The notes under the pieces are model-generated. The model was not told the origin of the DNA. It searched no databases and saw only the letters and a list, made by a program, of their open reading frames with translations. This document shows, one piece after another, positions 28,050 through 43,133 of a stretch of 64,000 nt of DNA (position 1 is the first letter of the stretch; every line of letters begins with the position of its first letter). The DNA is from the human T2T-CHM13v2.0 reference genome, Homo sapiens, in NCBI RefSeq assembly GCF_009914755.1, contig NC_060934.1. The stretch is one strand, 5' to 3'. The position numbers and the translations under genes were made by a program.

Positions 28050-28590
28050 CACTGTGTCACTTTTCTGTTAAAATTTTTTAATTGGCTCCTCATTTCACTC
28101 AGAGAAAAATACAAAGTAGATAAATAACATACAAGGCTCTCTAGTTTCTGCTCTGTTCTTATCTGTCACCTTTCTACTTTTACCTCACTCACTTCTTTCC
28201 AGTACTTCCGGCCCCCTTGTTGTTTCTGAAACCCACCTGGCAAGCTTCAGTTTTGATCTCTGCCTAGAACTCTTCCCGGAGATATCAACGAGAATAACTT
28301 CCTCAGCTTCTGTAAGCCTTTGCTAACAGCTTACCTTTTGATGACACAAGTGCTGATGATACTGCTTAACACTGCAACTTCTACTACAATCCTCCTCTGC
28401 TTTTCCAATCCCATTCATATGATCGATTTTTCCCATAGCATTCACAACTTTCTAACTTTGATAATAAACACTTACTTATTATAGTAAATGTTTATTGCCT
28501 ATCTCTTCTGCCAGAAAACTGGCTCCACAAAGTCAGTGATAGGGGTTGCTTCACAGGGTAGGTGATCGTTTGTTGAGAAAAAGAATGCAC
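28050..28590 (+). mobile_element. L2 fragment
   Basis: ggctcctcatttcactcagagaaaaa, ctctgcctagaactcttccc, tttattgcctatctctt. Confidence 0.6.
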
Positions 28591-29985
28591 ATAACTTTTA
28601 AAAGTGAAATAAACTTGAACACCAATGCATCCAACTGGCTCTGAGTATCATAATTATCCAAGTCTGTTATTAAATTTCATCCTTTGGCTTTTGCACATGC
28701 TGCATTATCTATATAGATAATTGTCTCTCTTTTTCCACCTGGAAACTCCTGTCTTTCTGCTAAAATGACACTTCCTAAGCAATTCTCATAAAATGCTTAA
28801 TGCTCTCCTCTCATGAGCCTACATGTGGTTCAAACTTTATTTAGAGTGCCTTAAATATTGTATTTTAATTTATCTTTTACGTTGTTTTAATGTTTTTTAG
28901 CCACAGACTCCACGACTCCCTAACCTAGAACATTCATCTCTCATATTTGTGTTTTTAGCATCTAATAAGAGTGATTGACATACAGTCAAGCCTTCAGTTA
29001 ATGAAATAAATGATGCTTTATTATCTACACCAAGATCTCTATAGACTTAAAATAGTTTCTGTTTATGAAAGTTTTTTACAAATATAAAAGTCTGAGCTCT
29101 GCTTATGATATTTGTGTCTTTATAAAGACCAAAGGCTTGAAACAGAATTGCTTGAATTTTCTTTACAGACAGCATTTCTAAGAAGGATACAGTATGATAT
29201 TTGCAAATCTAATATCTGTTGGTTGTTGTGTATTTGTATATGCACATAGGCTTCAAGTAAGAGGACAGAAAGGGGTTGAGGGCTAATGCTGAACTCCATT
29301 AAAGTTATTTTTCAAGCACACTTCAAAAGAGGCCCTTTCTCCCTTAAAAAATATATAGCCTGTCTCACATGCATCTGTCTGTCTAGAGGCTATGCAAATC
29401 AGCAACATCCATATTTCAGCAAAAGCAATCTAAGAAGAGCAGCATAATCAATTTCTCATCATTTTTGCTTTTGACACAATTAGTAGTATATGCATAGGGA
29501 TGGATTAGGATGGTTTCTGTGGAATTTTTCAAGAAAAATATTTGCCAAAGGTTAATATTTCGTGTTCCCTTGGGCTAATCGTGCTCTCTCACCTTTTTTT
29601 TTTAAATGGCTCCAAAATAGCTCTTTTTAAATTCAGTCATATATTATCACAATTATGTATAGTAACCAACCAAAGGTAAAACACGTGTAAAATGTTTTTC
29701 ATTTTATATTAAAGCTGAAAGTTGGTGCTAGAGGAAGTTTTATATGATAAGTTGATATGTAGAAAAATACTAATATGTAGGTTAATTTCCTAATATTTTG
29801 AATTGCTTTGCTTCTTCCATAAAAGTTATTCATTTATCATTCTACACATTTCAGTCCAACTAATTGAGGAAGCAAATATCTTGAATTATTATTTTTAAAA
29901 TGTGTTTATACACAAAAGTAACAATCATGTCAAATAATAAACTTTGTTATTTAAAATATTTCCTTGGAATTGAGAGAATTTGTTA

Positions 29986-30156
<171 letters not shown>

Positions 30157-30777
30157 TTAAGAGAGTTTCATTCAGCCGCATTACTAATACTTCATGAAGG
30201 ATTGAGACAGATGTTTTAGTTTGGAAATCTATATAACGTCTGAGACAGTAAACTCAAGTTTCAACATTTATGATCTAATACCTTTTACTAGTTAATTTTG
30301 AATGTTAAGGGGGAGCAAAGTATTCTCAAAGTCAAAATGGTAAGACATAGTGATTATGCACATAGACATTTATATCAGTAACTACTCCTAAAAGGAAATC
30401 AAGGAAGAATGATAATGCACTTTTAATCTTCTCTAGAGGATTTCACAAAAGAAATAGCAGCCTATCAAATAGTTTATGAAGTAATGTTTTCTCTTTGCTT
30501 TAGACAAGATTTGTAAGAATACTTGTATTCTTTCCTTGCTAAATCATTTTTTAGTTTCATACACATCAATTATATTAAAATATAAATAAAGTAAATAATT
30601 TCATAAAAATAAAAGTCACATTATTGCAAATTTCATATAATTAAAATTGATTTTAAATATTGCAGGTATTTACATGTATTTTACAATGGTCTATAAGAAA
30701 TAATGTTTAAAATTATAATATACTTCTTTAATTTGGTGTTTCCCAATTTAATGTCCAGTACTATTTTGTTGTGCTAT

Positions 30778-30965
30778 CAGGACTGGCAAACATTTTTCTG
30801 TAAAGAACCAGATAATAACTATCTTTAGGCTTTGCCAACCATATGGTCTATGTTGCAGCTACCCTCAACTCTGTCATTACAGCACCAAAGCCCAAGTGGG
30901 CATGGCTCTGTTGCAATAAAACATTACAAAAACAGGTGGTAAGTTATATGAGGTTACTGACTACT
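30778..30965. mobile_element. MER58A-like DNA transposon, apparently nested in a MER5-type relic (about 30735-31228)
   Basis: ggcaaacatttttctgtaaag...tttaggctttg...tcaactctgtcatt...ggcatggctctgttgcaataaaac; outer element ends cacagtttgggaaacact. Confidence 0.7.
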
Positions 30966-31214
30966 GTGATCATAATAGATATGCTAAAAATACAACAATA
31001 GGTATGTTGAAAAATAATAAAAAGCTTATCTACACAGATATGCTTGGGAAATATGATATTAAATACAGTTTTGAAAGCCAATTAACTGTACTGCAAATCT
31101 TTTCAGACTTAATTATGCTAATCTGCATACTGACTTTCTAAGAAAAGGGTACTATTTGCTCACTTTCAAGAAACACCCATTAACCTGTTTTTGAAATGAT
31201 GCCTTTAGAACACA

Positions 31215-31367
31215 GTTTGGGAAACACTACTCTAAGTTATGTAGCCCTCATCCCAAATATGTAAGTGGTAATTCTAAATGAAATACTTCTAAAGGGTAAT
31301 TCTAAAGGGAAATTCCATTACATATTTGGGCTGAGGGCTGTGAAACTTAAACTACTGTTTCCCAAAC
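31215..31367. repeat. Inverted repeat with 59/57-nt arms and a 37-nt spacer
   Basis: 31215-31273 versus the reverse complement of 31311-31367: 49 matches, 8 mismatches, 2 gaps by hand alignment. Confidence 0.92.
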
Positions 31368-31871
31368 ATTTAGTATGTCTCAATATCTGCAACCTTACAT
31401 TCTAAAAAATTACTGCAATGTTCTCATATTATTTCTTCTCAAATGACAGAACATTGAAATATGTAATGTACTTTTATACAAAACCAGTAGTTTCAGTTCT
31501 CAGCAAAAATGTATAGTGATGGCATGCTAAAAAAAGAGCAATGATATTAAAACATTATGTATAATACTTGATTTTATATTGAAGTTATAATAAGGATAAT
31601 TATTGACCAATAATTTAAACACCATAGACATTGTATGGGGTTTCTCTCGAGTTCATTATCACTAATAGGTCCTAAGTAGTCTAAATGTTATCAGTATTTT
31701 CCTGAAAATAAAGAGTTGTTGGTAGTAGCAACTTACTAATACTCTATTCTCTCCTTTAAACGTGGAATCAGAACCACGAAAATACCAAATAAATATCAAA
31801 ATTACTCCATTAAATCCAGAAGATTATTGTTCTTAAAACGCAACTCTCACTGAACTTTTCCTCCCACGCTG

Positions 31872-31873
<2 letters not shown>

Positions 31874-31931
<58 letters not shown>
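31874..31931. repeat. Compound (CT)n(CA)n microsatellite
   Basis: Read directly. Confidence 0.96.
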
Positions 31932-31933
<2 letters not shown>

Positions 31934-33811
31934 TCCCAATAATCAATTTGCTTGGTATGCAATACCTGTATTTCTCCCTAAACTGAAAAAAAAATCTGAA
32001 GTTCTTTGAAATATGTATGTTTGAGCACAGGACTTAAGAGTTGACAAGCTCTTTCTAGTAATTTCACTGAGGAATCTGATTGCCATCAGCCAAAGTCAGC
32101 TTATACTTAAGCTGTATCACTCCTGGTTCATATAATTAAATCTGCAGTAATTTTTCCAAAACCGAGGCTCTATTTGGATCCTGTAAAGGCATTTCAAATC
32201 TGAGGATTTTCTGCAGTTCCATTCTGCATCTCATAGTCAGAAAAATATTTTCCTAAACAATTTTTGCTATTATAAAATAAGTAATTTCTTATCTAGAAAT
32301 TAAAATAAAATTGAATCTTAGCTTTTCGTTTGGAATGTAAAATGTAAGCAAATCACAATATTTGAGGATATGTTGGCTGATCACCTTCATCTATTTATTT
32401 CTATAGATTTGCTAAGTTACCTACACATAAGCAGTTTTAGCTTTAATTAGTAATGTAGTATAAAATATTCTTTCTATAATATATAGAATTGTTGAAATGA
32501 GCAACATAATTTATTTACATTGAATTGTTGTATAAGCAATGTAAAAACTAAAAGTAACACATCAAACAAAACCAAGAGGAAGGGAGAAATGAAAATTAAA
32601 TTCCTCATCTTACACATTTGCCTGTGATTAAATATATATATATATAGAGAGAGTAAGAACTGAAGAACTAAAAAGAAACAAGTGTAGTATTTGGAATTAT
32701 ATTAATAATTAGAAGATGAAAAACTGTGAGTATCTCAGGATACTGAGCATGGAAGTGAGGGTAGATGGGATAGAAAATATTTTACATAAAGCCATTTGGT
32801 ACTGTGTGACTATGTCATTACCATAGCCCGTACTATTTGTTTTAACATTATTAATAAATAAATTATAGTATTGAGAATAAAAGAAAATAAACTCTCTTGA
32901 TAAAGGCTTTCACAAGTTTCTGCAAATTTAAAAGAAATGGTGTGGTTTAAATAACTTATCAGAATTGACATTTTATCTTGTCCTATAGAGACTAGCAACT
33001 TATTTTACAATATTTATTTTTCCTTCTGCTACCATAAATGAAATTGTCAGATAATCTAGGATTAAAGGTGAAAAGAATGATTTCTTAAATATTATGTGTA
33101 TGATTACCTCTCAAGTAAACTGTGCTCCATGAAGCTTGAAATGTTTAAATATTATTAATACATGACATTAAAGAATACTAAAAATTATGATTTTTAGGAT
33201 GACCTTGTTAAATATTTAACATATTTTATAAAGATATGTAGCATTGAAGTCAGAGGCAGACAATTTATATACATTAATTAGAAGAAACAACATAAATAAC
33301 ATGCATTATGTTTGAACTTCTGTCTGCCAACACAACCTCCACAGTAGATGAAACCAGGCCTGGAAAGGGTATTCATATAAGCAAGAACAACCCAGATTGA
33401 AATGGTTCCTTAGAATAAGTGAGAATTTTACAGAGAGAACAGAAGTAAAATAATAATAATAATATGTACGTATTCAGTTCAAGTATTTTTTTTTAACAAC
33501 AGGGTAAATCCAAAGAAAACTGAGTAAAAATAAAATGAAAAAGGAAAAAAAAAAGTAGTATATAGTAGTAAAGTATCCAATGCTGATGAACAAAGGAAAC
33601 AGATAAAAGAAATAGTCTTTGATTACCAAGTGCCAGCATATTACTGTCCTTGAATTTATTGAAAAATAGTATCCTTATAATGAACCTCTTTTTCCCTAAG
33701 TTAGTTTCAGGTCAGTTCTCTGACTTTAAACCTAGAGTACCAATCTAATAAAGGGCTAAAGATAAGAGAATAACAGATGGTGTGTTGGCTCTCTTAGAGA
33801 CATTTACTTAA

Positions 33812-34148
<337 letters not shown>

Positions 34149-35342
34149 AATTCTGTTATTTTCATTGAACACAGTTACAGCTCTATGAAGAGAACAGAAT
34201 TATTCTTGCCCATGAATTGAAATAATGTAATCATTTACAGGATTTAGCAAATAGCAGATATTTAACATAATTTTGCCAACTTATTCTGTTGAGTTATCCA
34301 AAGAGATCACTACTCTCTGGTCAACTTTGTAATATCCACTAGCAGAAAATAGTCCATCTGTGGCTACTGCCAGGTCTTCCACAGTTCCAAAAAGGAGATT
34401 GATTCAGTGACTTGTTTCTTCTGAAGAACAGAGTCTCTTCACATAGACAATAATTGCTGTTGCTTATTCTCTGTCGTCCTCATTTCTCCTAGTTTTTGAC
34501 TTTACTGCCTATATTACAGAGGAAGTACGGTATGTATTGAAGAAATTAGAAGTCCACCCATAGCTCAAATATGCTTCAGTATCCTTTATGGAAAGTATCA
34601 AAATGTTCCTCTATTTTATTACAATTGCTATATTTATCTTTTTGCCAAAAGCTTTATTGGTCTGTGGGCAGAAATTACCTTATTTGTACTTACAACCCTC
34701 AGCCTAGTGCCTCACAGATTTCAACAAATTTTTGTTATCAAGTCAAGAAACACAGAAAGAGCTCCCCAAACCCTGGATGGTTCTTTTATACTTTGCCTCT
34801 GAAGCAAAGCTGCTTTCTTTGCTGTCTCATTTGTCTTCAAGAAGAGGTCATGTCTCCTGAATTCTGTTCCAGTTGATAAGCATATATTAGAAGCACACAG
34901 GATAGCAGATTTGCATTTCATTGCTGTTTGAACTGTCAGAGCTACATTCCCTGTCTTAGTCATGGGGACACATAAGTAAAGTGAATTAGGTCCATATAAA
35001 GAGATTCATAATGAGAAGGTAATCATAGAAACGATTAAACAATAACAAAAAAAGTCTTCTGTGAAAATACTGTGTAATTATATGGTTTAAGAACCTTAAA
35101 ATTATTATTTTAATTTTAAGAACCTTAAAATTATTCTATTTTGAATACATGCTTCCTATTCATTAGCTTTTCTGGAGACACACCTTCTCTTTTGAGCAAT
35201 GTTAAGACAATGTTTTCATGCAGAACTGTTGTATTATTCTGAGAGGATAACAGTAGCCAATTAACATTTGATGTGAGTGAGGGTTAATTATGCCTCATGA
35301 AACCTCACTACCAGATTGAAAATGAACTTTTGGTCTGAATTC

Positions 35343-35348
<6 letters not shown>

Positions 35349-35412
<64 letters not shown>

Positions 35413-35427
35413 TACATACATACACAT
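35349..35427. repeat. (TA)26 followed by (CA)n/(CATA)n
   Basis: Uninterrupted TA run at 35349-35400. Confidence 0.96.
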
Positions 35428-36455
35428 AATCATTAATAAAAATATATTAGCAAGCAATCCCAAAAGATTAAGAAGCCTTTTTGTAGATTTAATAAAATCT
35501 CAGCTTTCTGGTCATTTAGGTGTTCATATGGTTATCTTGAACAAAAGGTATATTCAAGAGAAACACTCAGATTTCAGAGATTGGATACATTCACTGTTTA
35601 GCTTATATCAGGTTAACAGAAGTCATGATCCATAGAACAATAAGATTTAACCTATTATATCATCCCTAATGTTAAATGCATACATGATGCCTATGATTTT
35701 CACTGTTTCATGCATGGGTAGGTTGTCTTTAAAATAATATGAAACCAGTTCTTACTTTTAAAATACTTCTTACTTCACCAATGAAAAATAATATCTATCA
35801 TTTACACAAGTTGATGGGTCAGTAAACTTAAAAAAATGACATTTCGCAGACTGATTATTAAAGCTTCCAGCCTTGGTTGAGATAGACATAATAGAAGCAT
35901 TGTTAAAATACTAAATATTCTCAACTTGGCATTTGAATGATGTCTTCATCTGAGTAACGTATACATAGTAGTATACTGAATGTGCCCAAGTATTTCAAAT
36001 TAACTGAAGGCATTATAATTATCTTCAAGAAAGAATATGTTCTGATACATCCCTGGAAAGGTAATCTGAGCTCATATAAGTACACAGTTTGCTGTTATAA
36101 AAGCCAAACTTTGATGTATTATATAATATTCCACTTATCATTGCTTAGATCTTTACACTGTATTTTAATCAAGTAATAACATCATAGTATTTGGAGAAAG
36201 GTTATGCTAAAATAGTAAAAATATGCTGTAAGTATTCCAAGACCAATAATTAAGTGATTTGAAATCTTAGTAACTATATAATTTAATACCTAAGTTATTG
36301 AATTTATTATTTAGTACTTAATTACTTTCACTAATTTTGTGTGTTCTTTACATTTAAGTAGGTGCTTTTTCAATATCTATTAAAGTCATTAATATTTAAT
36401 TTGTACACTTCCTTTAACAACAGAAAATTTCTACTACATTTAAGGAAAGTCAGTG

Positions 36456-36729
<274 letters not shown>

Positions 36730-38942
36730 TTAGTGAACATTATTAGTCTCATTTCATATTACATTGCAAATGTACTATTTTCCTCAAAGCTCTTGATTAT
36801 TTTCAGCCAGATTCTTGCTTGTTTCCATGTGTTACTAACATAGAGAATTAGAACAAATCAAAAATTTTCTCAAACACATTCATATAGACATAAATACAAT
36901 TATATGTTACCTTTAGAGGCCAAACAACCATTTCTGTTTTCACTTTGCTTAGTTTTGCTTTTTTCAAGGGTCAGAAATATCAGATTGTTTGAAAAAGTAT
37001 CAGACATATCGAAATGTTTTTCCTGGTGAGATTATTTTAAAAAATAGTAACGAATTGGGGTGAGTAGTATGGGCCAAGCCAATTACTTTGAACTTTTTGT
37101 ATTGTTATGGAAGAAACACAGGTTGAACATTCACAAACCTCTTTGAAACTGATTCACTGCATATATCAAAGTTCCTCAAATGCTTTTGACAATTATTATC
37201 CTTAGAACAGAAGAGTGAAGAGCACATTTGAGATAGGTATATAATTATGATTCATGAAAATCATAACAATTCATGCCTGATCACTGGAATTTCGTATCAC
37301 ATATTAAAACAAAAACTCACTTAGCTAACAGAAAATACCCTTGTTTTATTATTTCCATGAGCAAATTTTATGACCCCTCCAATATCATACTCTTTATTCT
37401 ACCAAGTATGTGTAAATTTACCTTGTATAATGTGACTGAATTTGTTTCCAAAATGTGCATTTCAGTATCCTCTCAATTGCATATTTGAATACTTTTACTG
37501 ATACTTCCCTTATTTTCAAAATACTTCCTTGAATGTCTTTGTCTTTAAAGTTTGTTTACCTGGGATTATATGCCTCCTTTTCTATGGATCATCAAATGAT
37601 TTCTAGACAGGCAATAAAAACCTTGGCTGGTGGTAACCCGGTAATTATTTTCCATGAATAAATAATAAAAGCCTGTAACAAAATCTTGTTGGTAACAAAA
37701 GGTTGGTGACTTGTTCCACGCTGTCCAAGTGACAAAGTCTGAAGCATTACTGCAATCAAGTTGGCTTTGACTATCAAAAATCGTTTTCCACATAACTCAA
37801 ACCTGAGAATATGCATTTCACAGATGTTGTAAGGAGGATACATAGATCACAGAAATATTTCTTACAACCCTTTCTCACATTCTTATCCATTTCTATAACA
37901 ACTATTCTGGTTCCTACTTCTCACACTGCCACAGGGCTAACTCAAAATCTTCTGGTTATTCACCTCCCCTTCATTCCCATCGTGCACATCAAAAATCCTC
38001 CAAACGATTTTGACAAGCATGACCCACTCTGGAAGTCAGAGGAAAGGAAGAAATTGAGCAGACAGAGTTTGCTTTACCATGAAGATAAGGAGACAATCTT
38101 GGGAGAATTTATTTGTTCATAATTTTAGTCTCATTAAATTTGGATGAATATTTCAATGATAATAATGATATGGTTCCCATTGTGTGCTCTCATCAGGTCA
38201 GGAGACGACTGTTTTTGTGATGACTTCAATTCATTGTCAAATCACAATTCTATCTAGGACCTCCTTGTTAGCAGGGACTGTGTGAGCACTCCCTAGGTTT
38301 TTCACCCTCAATCTCTCCATATAAGGCCTCCACACTCAATAGGAAGGCAATAAAACAAGGACAACAAATATGAAACATATATAACAAAGTAGGCCTTTTT
38401 TATTGATTTGATTTTGGAGAAATAAAATCTGATTTTGCATTATCAGATGCAGTAGTTTGGTAAAAGAACATACATTTTTAATTTAGATAAATGAAGCAAA
38501 GTAATGTACAGTTTTCCCAAGTGGTTTTATCATTTTATATTTCTACCGAGTATATGTGTAATAAATGTGAAAGTTCAAATCAATGGGAGAAAATGGATTT
38601 TTAATAAAGAATGATTAAATATTGGTTATCAATAAATAGAGAAAAAAATTATGATAGATATTGACTTTACCAAATAAAGCTTTGGAAGATTGCCAGATAA
38701 GTCTTTACCAGATACATCTTTGGTCGATTGCTTATGCCAAATAAATTTTTGTAGAACAAAAGTGAATGTATGAGAAAAACACATGTATTAGAAGTCAACA
38801 TAGTAGAAAATAAGGTAAATGATTACTTAAAAATATTGCAAATGCTTGCTTAGCAATGATTTAAAACAATCCCAAAAATTGGAACTGTTGAAGGCATGAG
38901 GAGATGTGGGCTTTTATATCTGTGATGGAAATAAAAAGCAGG

Positions 38943-39453
38943 TTAAGTTCAAGGAAAAAAAAAATGAAATCTATCACTAGGTTTGACAATATGTATAGTA
39001 TAGATTAAAGCATTTCAATTTGAGCTTTATCTTACATAAATATTGAGAGATATGCTCGGAGATGTGTTGAGAAGGATATTCATTGTACAATATACAATTT
39101 GCTTTTTAAAAGAATAAATTTCTTATTCAAGTACAACCTATGAGATACCTTCATAAATCAATAGTTCACAGTCTGATGAATTATCACAATGTTATAATTA
39201 TAAATTCCAGGAAAAAAATTGATATTTTCACAAGGTCTGACAATATATGTAGCTTAAACTTCAGGATTGCACTTTGAGCTTCATCTTACATAAATATTGA
39301 GAGGGACATACGCTCAGAGATGTGTTGACAAGAATATTCACTGCACAATATATAATGTACTTTTAAAAATAAATTTCTTATTCAAATATAAGTTATGAGA
39401 TACCTTCCTAAATCATTAGATCACAGTCTGACAAATTATTACAAAGTTATAAT
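38943..39453 (+). repeat. Diverged tandem duplication, about 255-nt unit, two copies
   Basis: Shared blocks atcttacataaatattgagag, gagatgtgttga, aataaatttcttattcaa, tatgagataccttc, tcacagtctga and gttataatt in both units. Confidence 0.92.
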
Positions 39454-40370
39454 TCATTCATGTAATCACACTGTGATCAAGAAATAGAATATTGTCAGTA
39501 TCTCAGAAAACCACTTATTAAATTATCTACTCATAACTACCCCTACTTCCATCCTAGAGATGGCCTGATTTGTAATATGAAAGATTTGTTTTACCTGTTT
39601 TAAATTTTCTATAAATTGAATTACATAGTATAAAACCTTTTATATATGGCTTTTTAATCAATTATTATGTCTTATATGATATGTATGAGTGTAAGATTCT
39701 TGCATATAATTAAGTGCAGTACTAGTATACTCATATTAATGGTTATACTATCATCCATTAGATGAATACATCATATTTTATATGTTAGTTTTTTTTCAAC
39801 TGGCGATGAACTTTGTACTTCTTCTAGGGTATGCTGTGAGGATAATGCTCTTACGAACACTCTTGAGTATGTCTTCTTACTGATATGATTGCATTTGTGT
39901 TAAATAGAAGAATAAAGTTGCAGAGTATGTATACATTCTGATAGGCTAGATTACTGTCAGTTTTCTAACGTGGTTGTATGGTTTACATTCTATCACAGAG
40001 TAGGAGAATTCTAACTCTTTCACATCTTTACCAATTTCAGTCTCTTAAGATTTTAGCAAAGCCAGTGAATATGTATTATTATCTTATAGTTGCTTTAACT
40101 TGAATTTTGATGATGATTAATGGGGTTGAACAACTGTTTGATGATCTTGGACATTTGTAAAGTGCTGTTCCATATCTCTTGCCTATTTTAGTTGAATTGT
40201 CTGTTTTCCTTAATGATTCACAAGAGTTCTTCATATATTATAATTAAGTCATTTATCAGCTTAATGTTTTATAAATATTACAATTCTTATGGCTTATATT
40301 TAGACCCTATTAGTGTTATCTTGTCAAAGAAAAGTTTCTAATTTTAATATAGTTTTATTTATCCCTTTCT
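39380..40370 (-). mobile_element. Ancient L1M(E) 3' fragment
   Basis: gatcaagaaatagaatattgtcagtatctcagaa, gtggttgtatggtttacattc, aaaagtttctaattttaat. Confidence 0.7.
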
Positions 40371-41033
40371 CTTTCCATATATACCTGGCTATTTCCTCTA
40401 CCTGTACACATATCCTGAATGTATGAAGTATAGACAATAATTTTCCTTATCTATTTCCATAGATAAAATATTGCACTCATCCACATCAGAATTTATGTAA
40501 ACTGAGTTGGCTTCCCTACAACTTTCTTGAGAGCAAAGTGAAGGTCTATTTTCTTTTATATCTGTAGGACCAGACAGTACATATGGCACACGGAGACTCA
40601 AAAACTTTGAATAAAGTGTTTCTTTGTTGTAGATTATTTAGAGTATTTTTAGGCTCATACACACTTGCCTTGCTCTCTGAATTTCTGTAGGACATCTAAA
40701 TACAAATAATGATGTTTTTTGAGAATCTATTTATAATTTCAATATCTTTGAGCTTCCTAAATTGCTGCATTTAACTACAGGCCAAAATAATCTGGTCATA
40801 AGAGTGAATCATATACACATATAGGGGCTCACAGCGCTTCATTGAGATGGCCTTTTGGGGTAGTACAATAAACAATGTCATAAACATTCCAATAGAATGA
40901 ACGGTGAACTCCTATGTCCTACAACAAAATATGCCAAGCTTGCCAATAAGTAGCAATAAAGCTTTTCGATAAACTAGTCTCTTAGAGCTTGAATTATGAT
41001 TTTCAAGGTGAGATTAATAATATCTACATTACT

Positions 41034-41090
41034 TGCACCACTGCACTCCAGCCTGGGTGACAGAGCAAGACTCTTTCTCAAAAAAAAAAA
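41034..41090 (+). mobile_element. Severely 5'-truncated Alu (last ~45 nt plus tail), TSD atatctacatt
   Basis: ccactgcactccagcctgggtgacagagcaagactc plus A tail; atatctacatt on both sides. Confidence 0.85.
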
Positions 41091-41147
41091 GAAATATGTA
41101 TATATATATATCTACATTGCATGATTGATGTGAGGATGCATGAAAGA

Positions 41148-41178
<31 letters not shown>

Positions 41179-42239
41179 CAGTAAATGACATTCTTAATAT
41201 GTGGAAATTATTATAGTTAGTTTTTTAAATTGATAATTTTAATGCTTTTAAATTGTGTAATCTGGGTGTTAAAATTGACTCCAAGTTATAAGCTAGGGAG
41301 AAAAAAATTTTCATTTGAAACTAGAAGCTTAATTGATACCATGTCTTACACATCTGTCTGAAAATAGGACAGTGATATGAATTTTGAAAGTTTATTTAGA
41401 ATTCCATAGTTGATCAAATAATTGAGGAAGTAAAAAGGGATTATCTATCTCTGCTATTTAACTTGAAGCCAAGCTTCAAATGAGAAACTTATGAATTAAA
41501 TTATTTAAAAATCGTACTTAAAAATAAGATAGTCTGCCAGAGAGTTGAATATTCACTTAAAATAGTTATCTTATTTTGATTTATTTAAAGGTAACTTCAG
41601 TGAAATTATTTTCTATAGACTAAGACATATCATACTTTTATATCCAATAATAAATTCATTCCCTACATTTTTATTGTAAAGAGTTGAAGTGAAATTTCTT
41701 AATTTGTTAACATTCAGATGAATTATATAAATGCATTAAGCAGTTGGCAGGTACCAAGAACTCTACTAACTGCTCAAGCAGTAGAAAATAAATTAGACAC
41801 AAATTCTGGAGATATGAAAAAGCTCACAGTATCAGGGATGGGGATTCAAAGTGCAGGTACCACAAGTTAATTTAGAAAATGTTTTGTTAGGGCATTTCTC
41901 AATACATGGTAAGAGAAAGCTCTGATAAAAAAATTCATGCTGTCAAGTATTAAAGGTGAATTATAAAAAATAACAACAAACAGACATTCAAGCATGTGTA
42001 CTTTGATCCAAGTATCAAATGTGATACTGCTAGTGAAAAATGATGTTCTTGTCTCTGATAGGAGTGGGAAAAAAGAGTAACAAAATATAGTAGAAAATCA
42101 TCTAGAGACATTTTGAGGAGAGTTTCTAAATCGCCTTAAAAATGGAGGAGTTTAATTTTCATAAACTGAGTTGCCAATGAAAAACTTCTATAGGTAAATA
42201 GCAAAAATATTTATTGTCTTGGTGATTAAAAAATGATCC

Positions 42240-43100
42240 TAGAGTATCTTTAAAAGTATAGTTCAGAGAAGCAAAAATATTTATAACCCTACCACCCAAT
42301 GATTATCATTTTTAATATTTAAGGTATTTTGTATCAGTATTTGTTATCTATGTATATATATTGCTTGTCTAATTGTCCGTATATAAACACATGTAATATT
42401 TTACCATGTTCCATATTTAATTTTGTTGACATTTTCATCTCATATCATAACATTGGTCTTCATCAATAAATATGCATCAAAAACCTATTTTTGCAATAGC
42501 TTTCCAAACCCACTAATGTCATAATTTATAAAATGATATATTTCCTCTTCAGTAGTGTGTAAAAAAGTCTAACTGCAGATGCTTGTCAATAGTGAGGGAG
42601 ATATACATCTAGAGTGTTGCTAGTTAAGCATAAAGTATAATTTTAAATTTCTTTGGTCACTAGCATAATTTACTTGATATATTTGTGTCTTGCCTGTTCA
42701 TTTACTTTGCCTATTTTGCTTTGTTTTAATTTGGGCATTTTAAAATTTTATTTCCATGGCATATGTGAATAGCATAGAAATCAACACTTTGTCACCAGCC
42801 TTAAACATATTTTCAGTTTGTTGTTTGCCTTTTAGTGTTGTTTTTGACATTTAGGAGGTTGGTGTTTTTATTTACTCAAATATTTCCCTTTCCTTTTGGA
42901 TTTCAGGCTAGATACTTTAAACCATCTGAAAATTATGTGAATATCAAATTATCTATTTTTTTTCAAGTACTATGGCTTTTTTATATGTAATGTTTCAATC
43001 CATCAAGAAATTGAATAGTAAAGACTTAATACTCACCAAATTATAGGTGGAATTTTAATCTTTATCATTTATAACAGAAATAAAACTAGATTGAAAAACT
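42240..43100 (-). mobile_element. Ancient L1ME fragment
   Basis: tttcagtttgttgtttgccttttagt, ttttttatatgtaatgtttcaatccatc; diverged. Confidence 0.55.
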
Positions 43101-43133
43101 ATATTTTCCCATTGTATCTTAAATGGATATCTT

